Positions 1 to 9,231 of a DNA stretch of 64,000 bases are shown piece by piece. Location of the stretch: contig JANQNR010000011.1 of assembly GCA_028279475.1 (NCBI GenBank), positions 4,082 through 68,081 of the forward strand, in the 5' to 3' direction. Below the pieces are notes generated by a model, which did not search any database, was not told the origin of the DNA, and saw only the letters and a program-made list of their open reading frames with translations. Positions within the stretch are counted from its first letter, which is position 1. Each line of letters opens with the position of its first letter. Position numbers and translations under genes: made by a program. Source of the stretch: Rickettsiales bacterium (GTDB taxonomy: Bacteria > Pseudomonadota > Alphaproteobacteria > Rickettsiales > UBA998).

Positions 1-550
1 CAATCTCAGATTTCGGACTAATGATTAGAGGAGTGTTACCCAGCATGTAAATCGGTGCATAACTGCGAATCTGTGTGCCGGTTTGCAGCTCGCCACCGTC
101 AACAGTTTCCAATGGGGCATCTTCCAACAATTCAATGCCGTTGCGACCGCTCAGCGCATCATGAAATGGAGGATGGTTCAGATGCAGCCGTTCCATCTCG
201 CCGGAAGCTGAAATACTCGTTTGCAAAATCTGCCGACCATCCTTCAGATAAATATGTACGTCATCAATCGGTACTTTTTCAAAAAAATTAATGGTATCCT
301 GACGGAATTGCCGAAACTCCCTGTAATTACGCCATTTCGCCGGATCAATGCGCCCAAGCCGCAATAACGTATTATGATGCTTGCTCCAGATGGAATTAAT
401 ATAGACTTGCGCGATAGCGGCGGATTTATGCCCAGCCATCTCTACCAAATCTTTGCTGGCATTCTCTTTATAATACATCCCCACGCCCCAGGCTGCTCCG
501 ACAATGAACAGCAGGCTGATAATCGAAAACATCCGTATGTATCCGAACAT
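1..550 (-). CDS. membrane-anchored protein with periplasmic (sensor-like) domain, N-terminal part; the gene runs off the window start
   Basis: Own translation of the minus strand from the ATG (complement of 548-550): MFGYIRMFSIISLLFIVGAAWGVGMYYKENASKDLVEMAGHKSAAIAQVYINSIWSKHH... One N-terminal TM helix followed by a soluble domain. The frame stays open to position 1. It is missing from the ORF track because there is no stop in the window. The function is a guess. Confidence 0.5.
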   Translation of the reverse strand, partial: MFGYIRMFSIISLLFIVGAAWGVGMYYKENASKDLVEMAGHKSAAIAQVYINSIWSKHHNTLLRLGRIDPAKWRNYREFRQFRQDTINFFEKVPIDDVHIYLKDGRQILQTSISASGEMERLHLNHPPFHDALSGRNGIELLEDAPLETVDGGELQTGTQIRSYAPIYMLGNTPLIISPKSEI

Positions 551-691
551 GGAGAGTGGTGGTTATCCTTCGTTTTTTGCCAATGTAGCGTTGCATTCGG
601 TAAAAAACCGTTAAAATGCGGCATTGTAGTTGACGTTTACATCATAAACCCGTTATAAAGCGCAATTCCGAATGATTATGGAGATATTGTC

Positions 692-826
692 GTGAAACGT
701 ACATTCCAACCAAGCCGCCTGGTTCGCAAACGCCGCCATGGTTTTCGTGCCCGTAAACTGACCCGCGCCGGACGTCGAATTCTTGCTGCCCGCCGCGCTA
801 GAGGCCGGGCACGTCTGTCCGCCTAA
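692..826 (+). CDS. rpmH: 50S ribosomal protein L34
   Basis: GTG start. Own translation gives [44 protein letters not shown], the canonical L34 sequence. Too short for the ORF track. Sits directly upstream of rnpA. Confidence 0.95.
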   Translation: MKRTFQPSRLVRKRRHGFRARKLTRAGRRILAARRARGRARLSA

Positions 827-842
827 TTTCCCACCTGCTTTC

Positions 843-1238
843 ATGCCACAAGTAGGCCGCCTGAAGGACAGGCGTCAGTTTCTTGCCCTGCGCAATGAAG
901 GGCAAAAAGTCGTATGCAGTGCCTTCGTCCTGCAATATGCCCCGATTGAACAACTCTCCGCTCCCGTGGCACTGGAAGCGTCTGACGCCTGCGCAGTGGG
1001 ATTTACCGTGACCAAGAAGCTGGGCAACGCGGTAAAGCGCAATCGTATTAAGCGTCGCCTGCGAGCCATGGTTGATGAGTTGTTCCCTCAACATGCCCGA
1101 GCCGGTTATGCCTATGTCGTGATTGGTCGCTGGAAAGCGGCTGATGTCACCTTTGATGCCTTGCTCCAACAAGGGCACCAGGCCCTGCAACGCATCCACC
1201 ACAAAAATCCTGCTGCTGCACAAAAAAAAGACTCCTGA
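843..1238 (+). CDS. rnpA: ribonuclease P protein component
   Basis: ORF 783-1238. The internal ATG at 843 gives MPQVGRLKDRRQFLALRNEG...FTVTKKLGNAVKRNRIKRRLR, the RnpA basic motif. Conserved rpmH-rnpA order. Confidence 0.9.
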   Translation: MPQVGRLKDRRQFLALRNEGQKVVCSAFVLQYAPIEQLSAPVALEASDACAVGFTVTKKLGNAVKRNRIKRRLRAMVDELFPQHARAGYAYVVIGRWKAADVTFDALLQQGHQALQRIHHKNPAAAQKKDS

Positions 1239-1248
1239 ATCAGGAGTC
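1230..1248. terminator. hairpin shared by two convergent genes (rnpA and the 80-aa ORF)
   Basis: GACTCCTGA-A-TCAGGAGTC forms a perfect 9-bp stem. It is preceded by an A8 run and overlaps both stop codons. Confidence 0.45.
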
Positions 1249-1482
1249 ATATGGGCGGGAAACGCCATCAAAAGTGAAATATTCCCTGCTGGTGGGATCA
1301 AAACAATCGTGCCGACCTTTAACAGCTTCATTGTAGAAGTCACGTCCGGAAAACCCAGTAATATTGGGCCTCGCACGCAAAATATGGCTGGTCGCCAGCA
1401 CTACGGCAGCGCTAACAACCTGCTCATTTCCACCACCCACAGGATAGTGGATATATCCACTCTTAGATTGAAAACCAGCCAT
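1240..1482 (-). CDS. hypothetical protein (80 aa)
   Basis: ORF with a good RBS (AGAGAGGAA about 8 nt upstream of the ATG). I recognise no family. Contains the 16-bp perfect palindrome AGTGGATATATCCACT at 1446-1461. Confidence 0.45.
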   Translation of the reverse strand: MAGFQSKSGYIHYPVGGGNEQVVSAAVVLATSHILRARPNITGFSGRDFYNEAVKGRHDCFDPTSREYFTFDGVSRPYDS

Positions 1483-1710
1483 AGAGATATTCCTCTCTAA
1501 ACAACACGCACAGGTTTATAACCTGCCTAGAAAGAAAACGTACCATCACCATAGAGATTTCATTAATAAATGCAAATATTTTCGTATGTATGTGAAACCA
1601 CGTTACCACGTATCCACACTGGACTCTATTCTGCAATCGGTCTAGGTTGTTTCCATCGTCATTTCAAACGATCATTTTATAGCTATAGCACTTCCTTAAA
1701 AATTCTGTTT

Positions 1711-1726
1711 CATGACATGTGTCATG
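1711..1726. promoter_or_regulatory. palindromic candidate operator upstream of the lipoprotein/TSUP operon
   Basis: CATGACA-TG-TGTCATG (7-bp arms), about 40 bp upstream of the ATG at 1766, in an AT-rich 283-bp intergenic region. The binding protein is unknown. Confidence 0.3.
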
Positions 1727-1765
1727 GAATTTTTAAAGTGCTATATAGAACTACAAGGAGAGACC

Positions 1766-2341
1766 ATGCGACATACTTCCTTATTTTTGATACTCATATT
1801 GGCAAGAGGATTGACCAGTTGTGCTCCCGTCGATACCAGCCCCCCCTTCATTGATGACGCCAATCCGATACGACTTAGCGTTGGCACAATTGAAAGCTAT
1901 GCCACCGGCGATAAGGACGTCCCCACCTATTTGCGTCCTTCGGCAGAAGCGCTGACCCGCATGTGGCTGGAAAAACGCCTGAAGGCAGCAGGAAACTTAC
2001 AACGCCGCTTTGTAATTGAAATCGAGGATGCGGTAACCGTGCAGAACCCGATAGCCACCTCCCCGCATTTTGACTCCTACACGACTACGATAGGCCTGTC
2101 CTTCCGCCTTTATGAGCCGGATGCGCATCTGTCGCAGCGCCATGCAAGCATTACCACCCGCCTAACACGAGAACTGGAAGCGGATGCCTCCATTGCCAAG
2201 CGGGATACGTTCTTTGCCGATATGGCTCGTGCAGTGGTCGCGAAAATGGAACAGATGGTGCCAGCACAACTGGAGCAACATTTTGATGATATTTTGTCAA
2301 CCCCCGCCCACCTGACACCAGAGGATAGCTTGGTCCGGTGA
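1766..2341 (+). CDS. putative lipoprotein, unknown function
   Basis: Internal ATG at 1766 preceded by GGAGAG. MRHTSLFLILILARGLTSC has a signal peptide plus lipobox (LTS-C). The stop overlaps the next gene's start (GTGA). Confidence 0.7.
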   Translation: MRHTSLFLILILARGLTSCAPVDTSPPFIDDANPIRLSVGTIESYATGDKDVPTYLRPSAEALTRMWLEKRLKAAGNLQRRFVIEIEDAVTVQNPIATSPHFDSYTTTIGLSFRLYEPDAHLSQRHASITTRLTRELEADASIAKRDTFFADMARAVVAKMEQMVPAQLEQHFDDILSTPAHLTPEDSLVR

Positions 2342-3363
2342 CGATCTACCTCCCCATCGCCCAGATGTCGATTGATGTCTTCGCCCTGCTGTTGCTGGGC
2401 GGAGCGACCGGCATACTTTCCGGGCTGTTCGGTGTGGGAGGTGGATTCCTGATGACACCGTTACTAATTTTTATTGGTATTCCTCCGGCAGTGGCCGTGG
2501 CCAGTGTCGCCAATCAGATCATTGCCTCATCCATCTCCGGATTTCACACCCATTGGCGCAAAGGCAATGTCGATTTTAAAATGGGTATCCTTTTACTATC
2601 TGGCGGGCTGGTTGGCTCTACACTCGGTGTCTGGATTTTCTCTTTCCTTAAAAATCTGGGGCAGATTGACCTGGTCATTTCTATCGGCTACGTGCTGTTT
2701 CTCTCGATTATTGGCGGCACCATGGCGCTGGAGAGCGCACGTACCATCCAAAAGCAACGCAAGGCCGAACGCACACTACTTGCACAGGAAGAAAACACTA
2801 CACCCGAAACAGCCGATACTTCGCATGATCGCGATATTCTGGACATCCCGACTCCACATGTCTCAGGCGATGGCGCCACTAGCACCAAAAAGGCACGAAC
2901 AGCATTTGCAAGTCTCCCCTTTACTATGTACTTTCCTCGCTCGAATTTGGAGATGAGCATTATCGTTCCACTGGTGCTCAGCGCCACTATTGGCATCCTG
3001 GTGTCAATTCTTGGCATTGGCGGCGGATTCTTCATGATTCCCGCCATGCTCTATCTACTGAAGATGCCTGCATCCGTGGTCGTCGGCACGTCACTGTTTC
3101 AGGTCATCTTTGTTACCTCCAACGTCACCCTGCTACATGCCATGACCACACAAACCGTGGATATCATTCTGGCTGGTCTGATGTTGATCGGCTCATCCAT
3201 CGGGGCACAAGTTGGTTCACGTGTAGGCTTTAAACTACCAGAAGAATATCTGCGGGGCTTGCTGGCTGTTATCGTGCTTCTGGTAGCATTACAGCTTGGC
3301 ACCAATCTGGTTGTCACTCCCGATAATCTCTATACTTTGACTCTTACAGGAGCGATGCCCTGA
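2338..3363 (+). CDS. TauE/SafE (TSUP, DUF81) family membrane transporter with a long central hydrophilic loop
   Basis: Has GILSGLFGVGGGFLMTPLL and a second ILGIGGGFFMIPAMLYLL repeat, typical of a TSUP duplication. Confidence 0.85.
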   Translation: MTIYLPIAQMSIDVFALLLLGGATGILSGLFGVGGGFLMTPLLIFIGIPPAVAVASVANQIIASSISGFHTHWRKGNVDFKMGILLLSGGLVGSTLGVWIFSFLKNLGQIDLVISIGYVLFLSIIGGTMALESARTIQKQRKAERTLLAQEENTTPETADTSHDRDILDIPTPHVSGDGATSTKKARTAFASLPFTMYFPRSNLEMSIIVPLVLSATIGILVSILGIGGGFFMIPAMLYLLKMPASVVVGTSLFQVIFVTSNVTLLHAMTTQTVDIILAGLMLIGSSIGAQVGSRVGFKLPEEYLRGLLAVIVLLVALQLGTNLVVTPDNLYTLTLTGAMP

Positions 3364-4127
3364 TGCGGTTGCTGCGCATCATCGGCATCTTTGCGTTCAT
3401 ATGGCTTTTCTGGACAGGCCATAGCACCGCTCGCCCTCTTGTCGCGGAAATATCAACACACGACATTACCATTCACAGCGCCTTTGACGGCACGGAACTG
3501 ATTCTGTTTGGCGTGCGCAATGCACCGGGTGACCTTGTCGTCGTGGTTCGTGGGCCGACACGAGATGCCATGATTCGCAAGAAACAACGAACATTCGGTA
3601 TTTGGGTAAACCGGGAGTCGGAGTCGTTTAACGCTATTCCCGGTTTTTATGCCATGGCCGCCTCACGGGCTTATGAAAACATCCCCAAAAGCATCTATTT
3701 TGACGCCCTGCAAATTGGCTATGAAGAAGCCATTCAACCGCTGCGAATGAAAGATACGACAGCACTTTCGGAAGAAGAGCGCGCACATCGTGAAATCTTC
3801 GCCCGCGCCCTCTTGCGGGAACTACGCGACCAACGCCTATATCAAACACAGGTTGAAGCGATCACCTTTGTGGGGGGCGGTCTGTTCCGTACGACCATCC
3901 CCTTCCCTGACAATACGCCAACCGGCACCTACACAGCCGAAGTGTATTTATTTGGTGATGGAGAATTAATTGGTATGCATACCACACCAATCTATGTTTA
4001 TAAAAGCGGGGTTGACTCCTGGATATACACACTGGCACACGAAACACCGGCACTTTACGGGGTATTGGCAATCACGTTGGCGCTGTTCGGAGGCATGTTT
4101 GCCATAAAGCTGTTTGACCGACTCTAA
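3363..4127 (+). CDS. TIGR02186 / Alph_Pro_TM family protein (alphaproteobacterial conserved membrane protein)
   Basis: N-terminal signal peptide, RPLVAEISTHDITIHSAFDGTELILFG...VVVVRGP...FGIWVN, and a C-terminal TM helix. Start overlaps the TSUP stop (TGATG). This TSUP pairing is, as I recall, typical. Confidence 0.7.
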   Translation: MRLLRIIGIFAFIWLFWTGHSTARPLVAEISTHDITIHSAFDGTELILFGVRNAPGDLVVVVRGPTRDAMIRKKQRTFGIWVNRESESFNAIPGFYAMAASRAYENIPKSIYFDALQIGYEEAIQPLRMKDTTALSEEERAHREIFARALLRELRDQRLYQTQVEAITFVGGGLFRTTIPFPDNTPTGTYTAEVYLFGDGELIGMHTTPIYVYKSGVDSWIYTLAHETPALYGVLAITLALFGGMFAIKLFDRL

Positions 4128-4142
4128 CTATTAGGAATTGTT

Positions 4143-4664
4143 ATGGAAGACACAAAAGATAAACCGACATCTGGCGAACAGGACATTGTACTGGACGCCA
4201 TGAAACACCAGACGATCAAGTTTATTGTCTGTGTCGATGGCCGCGAGGAATCGCATGTCGCTCTGCGGCTGGCCTGCATCAAGGCGCGTAAGCGTAATGG
4301 CGAAGTCGATATCCTGCACGTCGTTGAACCGGCGGAAACACAACCCTTGTTCGGCGTCTCAGATAAAATGCGTGATGAGCGTATTGAGGAGGCACAGGCC
4401 ATGCTGGCAGATCTGAGCACTATGGCAGAGAGCATTACCGGCAAAGCTCCTCGCCTGTTACTGAAAGAAGGACCCATTGGTGACACCATTGTTCAAACCG
4501 CAGCAGAGACCGACGTTAACATGCTAGTCATCGGTGTTACACCGGGCTCGACACGAGGTAAGCTTGTTTCCTGGCTCTCGACACAACTAGGAGAAAAGTT
4601 ATTAATGCCCATGATGCTGGTACCGGGCAACCTGACCGATCAGCAGATTATTGAAATCAGCTAA
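4143..4664 (+). CDS. universal stress protein (UspA family)
   Basis: IKFIVCVDGREESHVALRLA...DILHVVEP...NMLVIGVTPGSTRGKLVSWLSTQLGEKLLMPMMLVPG matches the USP fold motifs. Confidence 0.85.
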   Translation: MEDTKDKPTSGEQDIVLDAMKHQTIKFIVCVDGREESHVALRLACIKARKRNGEVDILHVVEPAETQPLFGVSDKMRDERIEEAQAMLADLSTMAESITGKAPRLLLKEGPIGDTIVQTAAETDVNMLVIGVTPGSTRGKLVSWLSTQLGEKLLMPMMLVPGNLTDQQIIEIS

Positions 4665-5409
4665 AACTACTACAACTCCGGCAATCCGGATCACGCCGCA
4701 ACCGGCTCTCCTTCCATTGACCCGTCAGCGCATGGTAGCGCAACAACCGCCCAGCATAAGTCTTCCCGACGCCTGTTAGCAATTTGATCGCTTCGACGGC
4801 GATCAGACTACCCATGACGCCAACCAATGCTCCCAGCACGCCACGCTCGGCACAATCATTACGCCCTGGCGGTGCAGCCGGCACCAGGCAGCGATAGCAA
4901 GGCGCATTAATGTCACTTGGAATAAAACAGGAAAGCTGCCCTTCCCAGCCGCGCACCGCACAATAGACCCACGGAATACCGTAACGTAGACCTGTATCAT
5001 TGATCACATATCGCGTCTCGAAATTATCCGTACCGTCAATCACCAGATCATAACCCTGCATAAGATCGGCATGTTCCGATGAGAAACGTATGGGGTGTGT
5101 GGTTATATCCACCGAAGGGTTTAACTCCGACAGACGATCTGCGGCGCTTTCTACCTTCAGCCGTCCAATATCACCCGTTTCATGGATGATCTGGCGATTG
5201 AGGTTGGATAGCTCCACCACATCGTCATCAACAACACCGATATGTCCAACGCCACACGCTGCCAGATAGGACAATGCCGACGCGCCCAGCCCTCCAGCAC
5301 CAATCACTAACACCCGGCTTCGCAACAACCGCTCCTGTCCCTGCTCACCTAACTCTGGCATCAGCAAATGGCGAGCATAGCGGCGTTGATCGTCGTGAGA
5401 GAGAGACAT
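4657..5409 (-). CDS. moeB: HesA/MoeB/ThiF family adenylyltransferase (molybdopterin-synthase adenylyltransferase-like)
   Basis: RYARHLLMPELGEQGQERLLRSRVLVIGAGGLGASALSYLAACGVGHIGVVDDDVVELSNLNRQ, plus CYRC and CRSC zinc motifs. Confidence 0.85.
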   Translation of the reverse strand: MSLSHDDQRRYARHLLMPELGEQGQERLLRSRVLVIGAGGLGASALSYLAACGVGHIGVVDDDVVELSNLNRQIIHETGDIGRLKVESAADRLSELNPSVDITTHPIRFSSEHADLMQGYDLVIDGTDNFETRYVINDTGLRYGIPWVYCAVRGWEGQLSCFIPSDINAPCYRCLVPAAPPGRNDCAERGVLGALVGVMGSLIAVEAIKLLTGVGKTYAGRLLRYHALTGQWKESRLRRDPDCRSCSSFS

Positions 5410-5414
5410 ATTAT

Positions 5415-5822
5415 TTACCTGATGATATGCTCAGGTGCATGAAACCCTTCAGATTTTAATGCATTCCTGTCAAAGGTAATCACTTTATCAAAGCCATGCG
5501 CCTGTGCAATTTCGCGAATCAGATAATCTGAAAAATCCGCCCGACCATCCCTGTATGCGTTTAATGCTTTTATACAACATGTGATCTGTTCAATCTCAAA
5601 AGAGGCAATCGACAGAATGGTATCAAGGGTCTTCATTCTATCGGATTTTGACACGCCGTAGGTCGCAGCCAATACCCAGTGAAATTCACACAAGGTAATG
5701 CACGAGATAAATGCCGGGTGTTGCGGCGTGCATTGCTCAATCACCTGCGCGGCATGGGCAGCCTGTTCCTTATCATCCTGAACAATGTATCGCACCAATA
5801 TATTAGTATCGAGCGCGATCAC
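5415..5822 (-). CDS. vapC: PIN-domain toxin (VapC-like)
   Basis: GTG at 5822 gives VIALDTNILVRYIVQDD...ITFD, carrying the PIN acidic residues. The start overlaps the antitoxin stop by 4 nt (GTGA). Confidence 0.85.
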   Translation of the reverse strand: MIALDTNILVRYIVQDDKEQAAHAAQVIEQCTPQHPAFISCITLCEFHWVLAATYGVSKSDRMKTLDTILSIASFEIEQITCCIKALNAYRDGRADFSDYLIREIAQAHGFDKVITFDRNALKSEGFHAPEHIIR

Positions 5823-6061
5823 GGGAATATCGCACCGGCATGTTTGGCAATGGCTTCGTTCATTTCTTCTACGGTTTTCGGTTCCCCGGAATAAGCAACA
5901 CACCCCTTCAGAACACGCACATCAGTCGTGCGAGGTTTCACAATATATGTACCGGTTTCCTGCTCCTCAAACAGCAGTTTGTCGCCTGCCTTCAGATGCA
6001 TGGCATCACGTAGTGCTTTTGGTATGGTAATCTGTCCCTTACTGGTTATGGTGGCTTCCAT
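5819..6061 (-). CDS. vapB: AbrB/SpoVT-type antitoxin (VapB-like)
   Basis: MEATITSKGQITIPKALRDAMHLKAGDKLLF is the SpoVT-AbrB swapped-hairpin motif. Lies upstream of the PIN gene. Confidence 0.85.
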   Translation of the reverse strand: MEATITSKGQITIPKALRDAMHLKAGDKLLFEEQETGTYIVKPRTTDVRVLKGCVAYSGEPKTVEEMNEAIAKHAGAIFP

Positions 6062-6082
6062 TTTAATGATTCCCCTAAAAAT

Positions 6083-6099
6083 CCTTACTTATTGTAAGG
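6083..6099. promoter_or_regulatory. palindromic candidate VapB operator
   Basis: CCTTAC-TTATT-GTAAGG, 22-38 bp upstream of the vapB ATG (6061). Flanked by AAAT/ATTT extensions. Confidence 0.4.
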
Positions 6100-6156
6100 A
6101 ATTTGGCATAGCATGTCAACCAGATACCAAAAATCGCTACCCCTCCTCATCAATCC

Positions 6157-8829
6157 ATGTTACCCCTGCGCTCTATGAAACTTGAACCATTACGCAACGC
6201 TTTTCTGAGCTATTTTGAATCGCAAGGACATAATGTGGTCGCCTCAGCGCCTCTGGTGCCGCAGAATGATCCCACCCTGATGTTCACCAATGCCGGGATG
6301 GTACCGTTTAAGAACCTCTTCACCGGCAAGGAAACACCGCCCGATCCGCCCCGCGCCACCTCGTCACAGAAATGCGTCCGCGCCGGGGGCAAGCATAACG
6401 ACCTCGATAATGTCGGCTATACCGCCCGCCACCATACTTTCTTCGAGATGCTGGGGAATTTTTCTTTTGGTGACTATTTCAAGGAACAGGCGATCGTCCA
6501 TGCCTGGACGTTACTCACCAAAGAACTCGGACTCCCGGCGGAAAAACTTTATGCCACCGTCTATCATACCGACGACGAAGCCTTCGATTTATGGCGCAAG
6601 ATTTCTGGCCTGCCGGAGGAAAAAATCCTGCGCATTCCCACGAATGATAATTTCTGGGCGATGGGTGATACCGGACCATGTGGCCCTTGTTCGGAAATCT
6701 TCTATGACCATGGTGAAGGATCGGCGGAAGGTCAGTGGGCACTGGATTCGCAAGGAAATGACTTATTCGGTGATCGTTATATCGAAATCTGGAACCTCGT
6801 ATTTATGCAATATGAACAGGTGGATGCGGATACGCGCATTGACTTACCCAAGCCCTGCGTCGATACCGGCATGGGTCTGGAACGCATGGCTGCTGTCATG
6901 CAGGGCGTCCACGATAATTACAGCATCGACCTATTCCAGCAATTGATCATGGCAACGGAAGATGCGCTCTCGCAGAAGGTCAGCGATGAACATCATGCAT
7001 CCTACAAGGTCATTGCAGATCATCTGCGTTCTTCCTGCTTCCTGATGGCTGACGGTGTGTTGCCATCCAATGAAGGGCGGGGTTATGTACTGCGCCGCAT
7101 CATGCGCCGCGCCATGCGCCATGCCCATATGTTGGGTGCTAAAGAACCGCTGATGCACCGGCTGGTCGGCAGCTTGATCCGTGAAATGGGTGGCGCCTAC
7201 CCGGAACTTGGGCGCGCTGAAGCGCTGATGACGACTACCCTGAAAAGCGAGGAAGAACGCTTCCGCGAAACGCTGGATCGTGGGCTGAAACTACTGGATG
7301 AAGCGCAGGCAAACCTGTCGCAAGGTGGCGCCCTGCCCGGTGACATTGCCTTCAAACTCTATGACACCTATGGATTTCCGCCCGACCTGACGCAGGACAT
7401 CCTACGCAGCTCCGGTCAGACGGTGGATATGGAAGGCTTTGATGCGGCCATGGCCGAGCAGAAAGCCCGTGCCCGCGCAGCGTGGAAAGGATCAGGTGAG
7501 AGCGCCACAGCGGATATCTGGCTAGCGCTCCATGATACGCATGGTGCCACGGAGTTTCTCGGCTATACGCAGGATGGCGCTGCTGCCACCGTATTAGCCA
7601 TCGTAGTGGATGGCAAAGAAGTGGAGCAGGTTGCTGCCGGACAGACAGCGCAGATTCTACTCAACCAAACCCCCTGCTATGCTGAATCCGGCGGGCAAAT
7701 TGGTGATACCGGGTTCATCATGCAAGACGGAACGCCCATCGGCACCATTACCGATGTCACTGCCCCTGTGGTCGGCTTGCATGTGCATCATATTAGTGCA
7801 GAACAACCACTTGCAGTCAATGACACCATCGACATCACAATTGATACCGAGCGCCGTGCCCGCATCCGTGCCAACCACTCGGCAACCCACCTCATGCATG
7901 CCGCACTACGTAATGTGCTGGGATCGCATGTCACGCAGAAAGGCTCACTGGTAGCACCCGACCGACTGCGCTTTGACTTCAGTCATACCGGTGCCGTAAC
8001 TCCGGAAGAGCTGCAACAGATAGAAGTGCAGGTAAATCAGGTGATTTGGCGCAATACGCCGGTCTCCACCCGCCTGATGCCCCCAGACGATGCGATCAAT
8101 GCCGGTGCCATGGCGCTGTTCGGTGAGAAATATGGTGAGGAAGTGCGCGTACTTTCTATGGGAATAGACGAGGGAGATAATGACAAAGACTATTCGGTGG
8201 AGCTGTGCGGTGGCACGCATGTTGAGCGCACCGGCGATATTGGCCTGTTCAAGATCCTATCAGAAAGCGCGATTGCCGCCGGGGTACGCCGTATTGAGGC
8301 GGTGACTCTGCACGATGCCTATGATTATGTCACGACGCTGGAAACGAACCTGAAAGCCTGCGCCACCCGCCTGACCGTCACGCCCGATGATGTGCCGGAA
8401 CGTCTGGACGCCTTACTGAGCGAGCGTAAATCCCTGCAAAAGGAACTGGCAGAAACGAAGAAGCAATTAGCACTGGGCGGTGGTTCCGGAGGCGGCGCAG
8501 AAGAAGAGATGATCGGAAACGTCACCTATATCAAGCGACATTTGGAAGGGTTGCCGCCGAAAGAACTACGTGACATTGCACAAGGGTTCCTGAAAGATAA
8601 GCAGGCGGCGATTGCCGCAGTCACCACCAATTTTGAAGGTAAAGGCTCGGTGGTCGTTGCGCTCAGCGCCGATCTGACCACGCAGTATCAGGCCGCTGAT
8701 TTTGTTAAAACCGCCGTGGAAGCGATGGGCGGTAAGGGCGGCGGTGGCAAGCCCGAACTGGCACAGGGTGGCGGCCCTGATGGCAGCAAGGGACCGGACG
8801 CTCTGGCAGCAGTTAAAGCACTACTGTAG
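6157..8829 (+). CDS. alaS: alanine--tRNA ligase
   Basis: 890-aa ORF with FLSYFESQGHNVVASAPLVPQNDPTLMFTNAGM, the HxxxH editing motifs and a C-terminal DHHA1-like region. An alternative start at 6175 (MKLEPLRNAF) is equally plausible. Confidence 0.97.
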   Translation: MLPLRSMKLEPLRNAFLSYFESQGHNVVASAPLVPQNDPTLMFTNAGMVPFKNLFTGKETPPDPPRATSSQKCVRAGGKHNDLDNVGYTARHHTFFEMLGNFSFGDYFKEQAIVHAWTLLTKELGLPAEKLYATVYHTDDEAFDLWRKISGLPEEKILRIPTNDNFWAMGDTGPCGPCSEIFYDHGEGSAEGQWALDSQGNDLFGDRYIEIWNLVFMQYEQVDADTRIDLPKPCVDTGMGLERMAAVMQGVHDNYSIDLFQQLIMATEDALSQKVSDEHHASYKVIADHLRSSCFLMADGVLPSNEGRGYVLRRIMRRAMRHAHMLGAKEPLMHRLVGSLIREMGGAYPELGRAEALMTTTLKSEEERFRETLDRGLKLLDEAQANLSQGGALPGDIAFKLYDTYGFPPDLTQDILRSSGQTVDMEGFDAAMAEQKARARAAWKGSGESATADIWLALHDTHGATEFLGYTQDGAAATVLAIVVDGKEVEQVAAGQTAQILLNQTPCYAESGGQIGDTGFIMQDGTPIGTITDVTAPVVGLHVHHISAEQPLAVNDTIDITIDTERRARIRANHSATHLMHAALRNVLGSHVTQKGSLVAPDRLRFDFSHTGAVTPEELQQIEVQVNQVIWRNTPVSTRLMPPDDAINAGAMALFGEKYGEEVRVLSMGIDEGDNDKDYSVELCGGTHVERTGDIGLFKILSESAIAAGVRRIEAVTLHDAYDYVTTLETNLKACATRLTVTPDDVPERLDALLSERKSLQKELAETKKQLALGGGSGGGAEEEMIGNVTYIKRHLEGLPPKELRDIAQGFLKDKQAAIAAVTTNFEGKGSVVVALSADLTTQYQAADFVKTAVEAMGGKGGGGKPELAQGGGPDGSKGPDALAAVKALL

Positions 8830-8994
8830 AAACAACCGCTTTATGGTCTTCCCGACGTTATGAGTAAGTGATATCGTGCAGTAATACTATGGATAATATA
8901 AAACTCCACATGTAATTGAATTCATCATATTTTAACGTGTTATTTGGTAGGATAATCGTGTAGCATTGTGAATATAACCGGGTAGATAAGGAAA

Positions 8995-9231
8995 ATGATG
9001 CATAGACAGGCAATTATAGATGATTTGTATGACCGTCATTTTGAGCGCGCCGTTGAAGTGGGTCGTGAGGTTGAACACTTACGTGAATTGCTTCAGTCAA
9101 TAGAAGATCAATGTACAGCAGATAGATATCAGTCTCTTAAGAGAGCTATTGACGAACTTGACAAAGACATGCGTGCCCTAGGTCGCAGTTTGGCAAAAGG
9201 AAGAAAGACTGCGTACCATGCCGCCGCCTGA
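8995..9231 (+). CDS. hypothetical coiled-coil protein (78 aa)
   Basis: ORF in an AT-rich islet. Heptad-like charged sequence. No family recognised. Confidence 0.4.
   Translation: MMHRQAIIDDLYDRHFERAVEVGREVEHLRELLQSIEDQCTADRYQSLKRAIDELDKDMRALGRSLAKGRKTAYHAAA

Noticed and set aside
798-1376. Long antisense ORFs opposite well-supported genes: 798-1376 versus rnpA; 10946-11566 and 11556-12107 versus hemY/mic60; 24554-25114 versus recA; 32467-33168 versus miaB; 34034-34591 versus rsmA; 44738-45238 versus ccoN; 56013-56546 versus the acyltransferase; 60270-60803.
   Set aside because: Each lies fully inside a gene with strong family-level sequence signatures on the other strand. Their translations are Arg/Cys/His-rich low-information sequences without recognisable motifs. 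This is typical of shadow ORFs.
1446-1620. Possible replication origin near rnpA. The evidence was a perfect palindrome AGTGGATATATCCACT (two inverted 7/9 DnaA-box-like arms, 1446-1461), GTATCCACA at 1612-1620, and an AT-rich tract at about 1540-1600.
   Set aside because: The palindrome lies inside an ORF with a good RBS. Only one box is 8/9. There is no dnaA or dnaN nearby, and alphaproteobacterial origins are usually elsewhere (hemE region). I could not compute GC skew here. Whole-genome cumulative skew and DnaA-box clustering would settle it.
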